Shown: positions 25,065-32,000 of the stretch, piece after piece
Layout of the letters: every line of letters starts with the position of its first letter
How positions within the stretch are numbered: the first letter of the stretch is position 1
From: Breznakia blatticola
GTDB taxonomy: Bacteria; Bacillota_I; Bacilli_A; Erysipelotrichales; Erysipelotrichaceae
NCBI RefSeq assembly: GCF_004365815.1
Contig: NZ_SODD01000018.1
Coordinates: 9,589 to 41,588, forward strand
Direction: 5' to 3'
DNA: 32,000 nucleotides
Made by a program: the position numbers and the translations under genes
The notes under the pieces: model-generated
Seen by the model: the letters and a program-made list of their open reading frames with translations, nothing else
Databases searched by the model: none
What the model was told of the DNA's origin: nothing

Positions 25065-28000
25065 TTAATTTTCTTGTTTACGTCTTGCTCTACTTGCGAA
25101 AAGTATCACTGTACTTGCTGAAGCAAGAAGTAATAATAATATTTGACTTTGACTAACATCTCCAGTTGTTGGTCCATCATCTTGTGTAGGTGTTTCTACA
25201 GTTGGATTTTCTGGTTTTTCTGTTGGTGGTACAACTGCTTTTTCGAAGATGATTGCAGCTTCATTTGATTCCACAACACTTGCGTCATTTACGCCAACTG
25301 CAAATGTATTATAAGCAATACGGTCTGCTAGTTCTTCAGTACCAGTTAAAGCAAGTGTATTAGCAGTTAAAGGTACTTCAAATTGTAAACATGATTCTTT
25401 AATTGATGCACTATCTTCTTTTTGAACAATCATGAAAGATTGAATTTGTGTTTTATCTGCAACATCATCATAACTTACCCACTGTGCATCTGTGATGTTA
25501 TTTGGTTGTTCTAGGTTTTGTAGATGATCTGCTACATTTGCATCTAAAATTCCATCTACTTTTGGTTCACTTGATGTACTGTATAATACATCAAAACTAT
25601 CTTCGTATCCTTTTGGTAAAACCACTGGTCCACTTAATGTAACATTGAATTTTGATAAACGTTGTTCATCATTTAAAACCATTGTGTCATTTAGCGTTGG
25701 TAGTACATCAATTGCAATTAGATTCTTAATTGGATTTCCTTTTACATTTTCTACATCTAATGCAAGATTTACATTTTTATTTGTTGTGCTCACAAAACCA
25801 GTTTGCGCAAATGCATCTTGTCCGACAAGTGCTGATGCGATAAATTCATAGGCATTACGATACATATACGTATTGTGTGTGCTATATTCCATTTCCGCAG
25901 TATTTCCATCATGATCAAAGTCTTCCGTATCACTAATTTTACTAGTGATGGAACCATCACTATTTGTTGTAGAGGCTACTTCGAAGTCTTCATTTAAATA
26001 TCCAAACATTTCCACATCAAATTTGTATCCTGCATTTTCATCGATAGTAACTGGAACACTCATACGCATGTAGTGATTCATCGTAAGTACATCTTGTGCA
26101 TACTCAAGTTTAATTAATGTTTTATCTTGATTTTTATAGTTAGAATCTACAACGGTAATACTTCCACCTTGTGCAAGTGAAGTATCTGTAATTTGAACAT
26201 CATTATCAATTAGTGCATAATCTGTGAATTTACCTTTCATTGGATACAATGAAGCTACATCATTCACAACATCAAACGTTAATGTATTATCTCCAGCAGC
26301 AACAATTCCATTATTTTCTTCTTTCAAGTATGCATTTGCTTTCACATAACGTGCAATACCTTCTGGTTCTTTAATAATTTGTGCTGTTTTTGAAGTTAAT
26401 CCACTTTGCCATGCATCACTTATTTGATCGTATTGACAAGTTGCTTGTAAATCTTCAGGCACATATGAAGTAATTCCACTTGATAAGGTATCCTTTGCAT
26501 TCCAACCGGAATAGGAAATACCTCCAGTGCTTTCAACACTACCGATGTATCCTTCATCAACTGTTGTATACATTGCCATGTCTGTTGTGGTTAAACCAGC
26601 TGGAAGTTTTTGCCAGTTATTTTGTGTGTATTGTAAAGTGTCGACAAATTCTTCATTTTGTCCATCATCTTGACGCGCCCAAGCATGCATCCATAGTGTT
26701 TCAACTTTCTTGTTTGGGTCAATACCTAATTGTTCACTTGTATAAAAAGTTGATGGTTCTAAACGTTTTACCAAACGCGTCCATTCACTTTCCCCAACAT
26801 AACGTACACTCATCGAGAAGTTTACTTCATCTTCCATTGGGTATAATTTTCCTTCTCCATATGTACTAGATGGTCTAAAGTAATAATCTCCACTGTAGAA
26901 TTTTGAAATATTTAAATGTTGATCAGGATTCATAAATACATCATATGAGTTCATTCCTGTATTTGGACTTGTTGCTGTATTGGCAGTAAAATACATTCCC
27001 CAACCAAGCAATGCAGTATCTGTTGTTGAAATGTTTTCGTTATCTTTCATTCCCATACCACCAATGCTATCGATTGGTCCTCTGAATGTAGATAAATATC
27101 CTGATCCTTGTTCGTATTCAGGTAAATCCGTAGAGTCATCTGGCACAACCATTACTGTTGCATCTGTTTCAAATTTCACTGTTGATGAATCTGCATACGT
27201 AATATTGGCAATAGCATTCGTATTCAATTGTGTAAAATATTCCACATCATCAGCTACTTGTAATACTAAGTTAAAGTTTTTAACAAAGTAATATTCATCA
27301 TTTGCATTTCCATCGATTGGAATTAACCACGAAATACGTTGTCCATCAATGGTTGGTGTAACTGCAGATGTATCACTTACATAACTTAAACCTTCAGGCA
27401 TTTCATAAGTTACTTCCACTTGTGATGATGCAAGTGGTTCAAGACTTCCTGCATCAAAACGATTGACAGAAACTCCTAGTCCATAAACACCTTGTTCACC
27501 TGGATGTAAACTACTTGTTTCCTTTAATAAATCATCCTTCATAATTCCAAGGAATTTATGAGAGATTGAACCATTATATTGTGATAATAAAGTTGCTTGT
27601 GCTGTTGCATTTGCAAGTTCACTTTCTGCATCAAATGCTTGCGCACTACTTGTAAGAACAACATCATTTAATGATGCTCCATTACGTGTAGCAACTTTAA
27701 TAATTGTGCTTGATTCAAATCCTCCTTCAAGACTACCAAATGCATATGTTAGTGTTTTTGCATTTGGATCATACGTTGGAATCACACCTCGTAAGCTTAA
27801 TTCTGCAACATCTTGATTAAACAAAACATCACTTTGATCAATTGCTTCTGGTAAATTAACAATCAACGTTACATCGTTATACACTTGCCCTTGCCCATGT
27901 AAACTAAAGTATAGTTGATAATTTGCACTCGTTCCTACTTCTACAGTTGAAGCAAGTGCATTTAATGTCAAGCTTGCTTCCTTATTTACTGATAGAGTAT

Positions 28001-28139
28001 CTTCGACTTGAGAATTCTCATCCGTAATGTTTTGGTCGTTTGTTGTTTCTTCATCTGCTTTTGATGAAGATGTAAATCCAGTTAATATAAGCATTAATGA
28101 CATGCACATAACAACCAACATTTTCATAGATTTTTTCAT
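25065..28139 (-). CDS. Large cell-wall-anchored surface protein (Ig-like/DUF11-type repeats) with a PxTG sorting signal
   Basis: 1024 aa. Signal peptide MKKSMKMLVVMCMSLMLILTGFTSSSKA. C-terminus is GPTTGD (25158-25175), then the hydrophobic LLLLLASASTVILFA, then SRARRKQEN. SD GGAGAAA upstream. Confidence 0.85.
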   Translation of the reverse strand: MKKSMKMLVVMCMSLMLILTGFTSSSKADEETTNDQNITDENSQVEDTLSVNKEASLTLNALASTVEVGTSANYQLYFSLHGQGQVYNDVTLIVNLPEAIDQSDVLFNQDVAELSLRGVIPTYDPNAKTLTYAFGSLEGGFESSTIIKVATRNGASLNDVVLTSSAQAFDAESELANATAQATLLSQYNGSISHKFLGIMKDDLLKETSSLHPGEQGVYGLGVSVNRFDAGSLEPLASSQVEVTYEMPEGLSYVSDTSAVTPTIDGQRISWLIPIDGNANDEYYFVKNFNLVLQVADDVEYFTQLNTNAIANITYADSSTVKFETDATVMVVPDDSTDLPEYEQGSGYLSTFRGPIDSIGGMGMKDNENISTTDTALLGWGMYFTANTATSPNTGMNSYDVFMNPDQHLNISKFYSGDYYFRPSSTYGEGKLYPMEDEVNFSMSVRYVGESEWTRLVKRLEPSTFYTSEQLGIDPNKKVETLWMHAWARQDDGQNEEFVDTLQYTQNNWQKLPAGLTTTDMAMYTTVDEGYIGSVESTGGISYSGWNAKDTLSSGITSYVPEDLQATCQYDQISDAWQSGLTSKTAQIIKEPEGIARYVKANAYLKEENNGIVAAGDNTLTFDVVNDVASLYPMKGKFTDYALIDNDVQITDTSLAQGGSITVVDSNYKNQDKTLIKLEYAQDVLTMNHYMRMSVPVTIDENAGYKFDVEMFGYLNEDFEVASTTNSDGSITSKISDTEDFDHDGNTAEMEYSTHNTYMYRNAYEFIASALVGQDAFAQTGFVSTTNKNVNLALDVENVKGNPIKNLIAIDVLPTLNDTMVLNDEQRLSKFNVTLSGPVVLPKGYEDSFDVLYSTSSEPKVDGILDANVADHLQNLEQPNNITDAQWVSYDDVADKTQIQSFMIVQKEDSASIKESCLQFEVPLTANTLALTGTEELADRIAYNTFAVGVNDASVVESNEAAIIFEKAVVPPTEKPENPTVETPTQDDGPTTGDVSQSQILLLLLASASTVILFASRARRKQEN

Positions 28140-28243
28140 ATACTATTTCTCCATTCTGACTACTAATCGTCGCTTAGATACCCTTTAATTGCACACATGA
28201 ATGTCTTTGCGTTTTTTTGATGGTTCCCTCCTTTGATTGTTTG

Positions 28244-28258
28244 ATTATGTAACATAAT
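28244..28258. promoter_or_regulatory. Perfect 15-bp palindrome ATTATGT-A-ACATAAT in the predicted 5' leader of the surface-protein gene
   Basis: Read directly. 7-bp arms around a central A. Confidence 0.4.
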
Positions 28259-28285
28259 AATTGCATAATCAAAATTGCCATCCTT

Positions 28286-28326
28286 ACTATATTCCTATTG
28301 TGGATAGAATGCATTTCATTTGACCA
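28286..28326 (-). promoter_or_regulatory. Candidate promoter of the 1024-aa surface-protein gene with an upstream TGGTCAAA box
   Basis: Minus strand: TGGTCAAA (28326-28319), 5 nt, TGCATT (28313-28308, a poor -35), 16 nt, TATAGT (28291-28286). Confidence 0.4.
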
Positions 28327-28350
28327 GAGAATTCATATATGTTAATGCAC

Positions 28351-28375
28351 AAAAAAAAGACCTTCCTTGAAGATC
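28351..28375 (-). terminator. Probable terminator after the GntR gene
   Basis: Minus strand: short imperfect hairpin GATCTTC-aag-GAAGGTC followed by T8. Confidence 0.5.
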
Positions 28376-28378
28376 CTT

Positions 28379-28747
28379 TCATTCATTTTGATTTTGGTTT
28401 AATTCTTGCGTCACCGCATCAAGTATTTGTTCATCATCATATCCGATGTCATGCATATCTCCAATAAACAAACGGACCATACTTGTCGCTTGTTCTTGTT
28501 CAAGTTTTTCAATTAATGCTTGATCTTCTGAGATAAAACGACCTGCGGTTCTTTCACTTCTTAGTAAACCTTCACGTTCAAGTTCACTTAATGCACGTTG
28601 TACCGTATTTGGGTTTACCCCATATTCTACAGCTAGATCACGTACAGACTTCACTCTTGAACCAAGTGGATAATCTCCAGATACAATATGCTTTTTAAAC
28701 TCATCCATGATTTGAATATAGATTGGTACATTTGGGTTAAATTCCAT
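28379..28747 (-). CDS. GntR-family transcriptional regulator, YtrA-like short subfamily
   Basis: 122 aa. PIYIQIMDEFKKHIVSGDYPLGSRVKSVRDLAVEYGVNPNTVQRALSELEREGLL is a GntR wHTH, followed by a short C-terminal region. SD GAGGTGG upstream. Confidence 0.9.
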   Translation of the reverse strand: MEFNPNVPIYIQIMDEFKKHIVSGDYPLGSRVKSVRDLAVEYGVNPNTVQRALSELEREGLLRSERTAGRFISEDQALIEKLEQEQATSMVRLFIGDMHDIGYDDEQILDAVTQELNQNQNE

Positions 28748-28756
28748 CTAACCACC

Positions 28757-29575
28757 TCAATCCAGTTCTATCTTACGTTGTAATAAATACTTACACACGA
28801 AGAAGTAAATTGCACCCCATGCAGTTGCAATCGCAAGTTGCATAGCTGTATCTTTTAATAAAATATCATTATATAAATCCATAGTTTCTACTGTTGAAGA
28901 AGTCGTAACACTCATTCCAAATAGGGAAACTTGATGAATCAAATCACTTTGGAAAATATACGTAACTCCCATTTGCACAATTGACACAACAATATATGCT
29001 ATAATTGCAGCTAAGATTCGATGCCCTTTGATGTATTTTGTATGCACAAAGGTAATAATCATATATGCACATAATACGGTTTGCAATACACCTACCATAA
29101 ATTCAAAGATTCCAAGTAGCAGGATTCCCATATCAAAGTGTGTCCCAAAGACATTTTCCCAAGTTAAGGGAATATCAATCATAACCACTGAAGAAACAAA
29201 GATAACTAACACAGTAAGTCCAAACCAAAGGGATGCTACTAGTGTTTTTGAAATCAGTAATTTCGATGTGCTTACTGGTAGTGTAAGTGTTAAATACCCT
29301 TGGCTTTTAAACATACTTGTATTAAAGTTACGTAAAATCTGTAACCCAACAAAGATCACACTACCAAACACTAACAGTCCATATATCATCAATAAGACAA
29401 TAGCTGCAATGACCGGTATACTTAATGAGCCATCTTCACTGATTACAGCACCCTCATTCATAATTTGTGAAAAACTACCAAAACGTACAAGTACGGCAAC
29501 AACAAGCATCGCAATAAATAATATAATGTATTGTTCATACCCACGACGAATTTCATATTTTAATAATTTCATCAT
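28757..29575 (-). CDS. Integral membrane protein, putative ABC-2-type permease partner
   Basis: 272 aa, about 6 TM segments. N-terminal LKYEIRR is typical of ABC-2 permeases. 4-nt ATGA overlap with the upstream ATPase gene. Confidence 0.65.
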   Translation of the reverse strand: MMKLLKYEIRRGYEQYIILFIAMLVVAVLVRFGSFSQIMNEGAVISEDGSLSIPVIAAIVLLMIYGLLVFGSVIFVGLQILRNFNTSMFKSQGYLTLTLPVSTSKLLISKTLVASLWFGLTVLVIFVSSVVMIDIPLTWENVFGTHFDMGILLLGIFEFMVGVLQTVLCAYMIITFVHTKYIKGHRILAAIIAYIVVSIVQMGVTYIFQSDLIHQVSLFGMSVTTSSTVETMDLYNDILLKDTAMQLAIATAWGAIYFFVCKYLLQRKIELD

Positions 29576-30270
29576 TTTCCGTATACCTCTTTGAACATTT
29601 CTTCAATTGACTTTCGTTGGTGAATTCGAATATCATCAACTTCTTGGTCAAGTGCAACTGCACCTTCCTTTAAAAAGATCACACGGTTGAAAATTCGTTC
29701 CACATCACTAATCAAGTGCGTTGAGACAATTAAGGTTTGATTTTCATCATAATTCTCTAAGATTGTATCCAAGATCACATCTCTTGCAACCGGGTCTACT
29801 CCCCCAATTGGTTCATCAAGCATAATGATTTTTGCCCTTCTAGACATAACCAAACTCAATAAGAATTTTTCCTTCATTCCTTTGGACATTTGACGAAAAT
29901 ACAAATGCGAATCGATATCGAATTTACTCAATAACTGAATACAGCGATTGTAATCAAAATCCTTATACAAATCCACAAACATATTTAATACATCGATTCC
30001 TCTTTGTCCTTTTTCAAAATACGGTTCATCTGGTAAAAATGAAATAACTTCTTTTGAATGTACACCTAATGGCTGTCCATCGACAAGTATTTTCCCATCA
30101 TAATCTGCAATCAATGTATTCAAAATTTTCATTAATGTAGTCTTTCCACTACCGTTAGGTCCCAGTATTCCAATAATCTCCCCAGGTTGTATGGAAAACG
30201 AAACATCATCCAACCCGACGCGTTTTCCATAACGTTTACTCACATTCTCTACTTTTATTAGACTTTCCAT
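29572..30270 (-). CDS. ABC transporter ATP-binding protein
   Basis: Walker A GPNGSGKTT, signature-like MSKGMKEK, Walker B IIMLDEP. I prefer the start at ATG 30270 (AAGGAGA at 30274-30280) over the track's 30291. Confidence 0.9.
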   Translation of the reverse strand: MESLIKVENVSKRYGKRVGLDDVSFSIQPGEIIGILGPNGSGKTTLMKILNTLIADYDGKILVDGQPLGVHSKEVISFLPDEPYFEKGQRGIDVLNMFVDLYKDFDYNRCIQLLSKFDIDSHLYFRQMSKGMKEKFLLSLVMSRRAKIIMLDEPIGGVDPVARDVILDTILENYDENQTLIVSTHLISDVERIFNRVIFLKEGAVALDQEVDDIRIHQRKSIEEMFKEVYGK

Positions 30271-30280
30271 AAAATCTCCT

Positions 30281-30300
30281 TGTATTAACATGTTAATACA
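30281..30300. promoter_or_regulatory. Perfect 20-bp palindrome TGTATTAACA|TGTTAATACA, candidate operator of the YtrA-like GntR
   Basis: Read directly. It overlaps the -10 (TAACAT) of a candidate minus-strand promoter, TTGACT (30319-30314)-17-TAACAT. Confidence 0.6.
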
Positions 30301-30337
30301 ACTGCGCGATTAAGTCAATATATGCTATACTTGATTT

Positions 30338-31105
30338 ATGAAAATTGACGCAAAAAAACTTAAAAATAACCTCGATTCTTTCTATACGATTGTTGAATCC
30401 TATCAAAGTATAAGTTCAACCAATGATTTACTAAAAGAAGTGGCTTCTTCATTTCCTGAAGGAACGATCTTTTTAGCCAACGAACAAAGCAAAGGAAAAG
30501 GCCGTAATGGACGTGATTTTTTATCTCAAGCAGATAAAGGTTTATACATGAGTGTCCTGTTGAAACCACAATTTGATATCAAAACTAGTTTAACTATTAC
30601 TGCATGTGCTGCCGTATCAGTTGCCAAAGCCATCGAAACCTTGTATCATAAACAAATCCAAATTAAATGGATCAATGATATTACCTACAAGCAAAAGAAA
30701 CTTGGTGGTATTTTAGTAGAAAGTGGCTTACAAGCAAATCAAAGCCAAGTGGATTATTTTGTTGTTGGTATTGGTATCAATGTCTATAAACAAGACTTTC
30801 CAGAGCCACTAAATGAAATTGCTTCTACGTTAGAAGCACACATTAAGAATGTTGACCGTTTTGCGCTTGCTGTAGCTATTTTAAACAACTTCGCAACACT
30901 TTATGCATCATTAGCTCAAAACACTTGGTACGAACCGTATTTGCGCTTTTCAAGTGTGTATCATGCATCTATTAAAGTACTTGCAAACCCGCCATATGAT
31001 GCGTATGTAGAAAATATTGATCCATATGGACAATTGCATGTAATAAAGGAAGATCAAACAAGAGAAATCATCAACTCAGGTGAAATTAGTATTCGTTTGA
31101 AATAA
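30338..31105 (+). CDS. birA: Biotin--[acetyl-CoA-carboxylase] ligase, group I (no N-terminal HTH domain)
   Basis: 255 aa. STND, GKGRNGRDF (the GRGRxGR-type motif), KWINDI and GGILVE motifs. Confidence 0.85.
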   Translation: MKIDAKKLKNNLDSFYTIVESYQSISSTNDLLKEVASSFPEGTIFLANEQSKGKGRNGRDFLSQADKGLYMSVLLKPQFDIKTSLTITACAAVSVAKAIETLYHKQIQIKWINDITYKQKKLGGILVESGLQANQSQVDYFVVGIGINVYKQDFPEPLNEIASTLEAHIKNVDRFALAVAILNNFATLYASLAQNTWYEPYLRFSSVYHASIKVLANPPYDAYVENIDPYGQLHVIKEDQTREIINSGEISIRLK

Positions 31106-31115
31106 AGGAGTAACC

Positions 31116-31364
31116 ATGACAAAAGAACAATTACTAGAAATGGGCTATCGTGAATATCGCGGAGAGCACATCAATGTATATTTTAAGAAAGATTTATGCA
31201 CCCACTCAGCAGTATGTGTAAATGGGGATCGTGACTTATTTAATGTTTGTCGCAAACCGTGGATATTACCAGATGCATGTGCAAGTGTCGATAAGGTAAA
31301 ACGCATCGTGGATGCATGTCCATCTAAAGCACTGCTTTATATCGAAAAAGAGAGTGTTAAATAA
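31116..31364 (+). CDS. Small divergent 4Fe-4S mono-cluster (Fer4_19-like) protein
   Basis: 82 aa. The pattern Y.G..I.V.F....C.HS..C.......F....KPWI.PD.A....V...V..CPS.AL fits my recollection of PF06902. SD AAGGAG upstream. Confidence 0.65.
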   Translation: MTKEQLLEMGYREYRGEHINVYFKKDLCTHSAVCVNGDRDLFNVCRKPWILPDACASVDKVKRIVDACPSKALLYIEKESVK

Positions 31365-31365
31365 G

Positions 31366-31938
31366 ATGTATATAAAAAAGCAACACATCCGCATACTACG
31401 TATTGTTGGTATCATATCACTGCTTATATGGATGTATGTCATTTATTCATTTAGTTCAGATAGTGGAAATACATCTAGTGCCTTAAGTGGCAATGTCGTA
31501 AAGATGTTTTATCAAATCATCGAAATATTCACCGGAAAAGATTTGTATCAGATGCTATCAGCTACGCATCTAGATATGGTTCAACATGTATTTAGAAAAC
31601 TTGCACACATGTTTATCTTTTTTGTCTTAAGTGTAAATGCAATGTGTATTATGTTTACATTTCCACTTAAGATGTATATACGTATCTTTATTGCCTTAAC
31701 ATTTAGTTTTGCATATGCATGTTTTGATGAATTCCACCAACTCTTTGTGGCTGGACGCGCTGGACAATTTCGCGATGTTCTCATTGATACAAGCGGTGCA
31801 CTTATCGGTATTATCTTTTCATTATTACTATATTGTGTCATCTTTACCATCTATGAAAAACACATGGCTAAAAAATATGGTGCAATTGATGTATCCAATC
31901 AAAAGGAGTATTATCAGCAACATGGGGTTTTAGATTAG
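31366..31938 (+). CDS. VanZ-like family membrane protein
   Basis: RKLAHMFIFFVLS and DEFHQLFV.GR....DVLIDT.GALIG are VanZ-type motifs. I prefer the start at ATG 31366, just after the upstream stop, over the track's 31312, which overlaps the upstream gene. Confidence 0.75.
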   Translation: MYIKKQHIRILRIVGIISLLIWMYVIYSFSSDSGNTSSALSGNVVKMFYQIIEIFTGKDLYQMLSATHLDMVQHVFRKLAHMFIFFVLSVNAMCIMFTFPLKMYIRIFIALTFSFAYACFDEFHQLFVAGRAGQFRDVLIDTSGALIGIIFSLLLYCVIFTIYEKHMAKKYGAIDVSNQKEYYQQHGVLD

Positions 31939-32000
31939 CTATTCAAAAACAAGGGGATGTTTTCTCCTATAGATAAACACCTGCAATATAGAAGTTCGGG

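Noticed and set aside
29028-29594. 188-aa + strand ORF
   Set aside because: Antisense to the ABC permease gene, and a typical AT-rich shadow ORF.

Overview
AT-rich chromosomal segment (roughly 30-35% GC by eye, not computed). It looks like a low-GC Gram-positive (Bacillota): it has a T-box leader, a cre site, sortase-type sorting signals and an infC-rpmI-rplT operon with an attenuator leader. No database search was possible, so every product name rests on motifs read from the translations.

Gene content, left to right:
- A very large secreted protein gene on the minus strand (1-3823). It runs off the left edge and is absent from the supplied ORF track.
- ridA-like gene plus a CNNM/CorC-family gene.
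- A small lipoprotein.
- A MucBP cell-wall-anchored adhesin.
- An Asn T-box leader controlling asnB-gdhA.
- A beta-glucoside PTS EIIBCA plus GH4 6-phospho-beta-glucosidase operon with a cre site.
- A LysR regulator and an SLC13/DASS-like permease.
- A 600-bp gene-free spacer.
- A coiled-coil M23 peptidase, then trmL and rdgB.
- A MarR gene broken by an in-frame TAA.
- rplT-rpmI-infC.
- A LicA-like choline kinase and a GDPD-family phosphodiesterase.
- A 1024-aa cell-wall-anchored protein.
- An ABC ATPase-permease-GntR(YtrA-like) operon.
- birA, a Fer4_19-type small protein and a VanZ-like protein.

I see no transposase, integrase, phage gene, CRISPR array or recognisable defence gene. I cannot honestly point to a clear novel multi-gene system.

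The most unusual observations are:
1. A RidA protein with a Cys/Gly/Asp-rich C-terminal tail.
2. Ribosomal protein L20 carrying a ~105-aa Lys/Ala-rich repeat extension.
3. A (T/C)GGTCAAA box placed 4-5 bp upstream of the -35 hexamer at four promoters, three of which drive secreted or surface proteins.
4. Promoter-plus-terminator units with no ORF in the long spacers (candidate sRNAs).
5. A perfect 20-bp palindrome operator in front of the ABC/GntR operon.
6. The MarR nonsense allele, which appears co-transcribed with the ribosomal operon.
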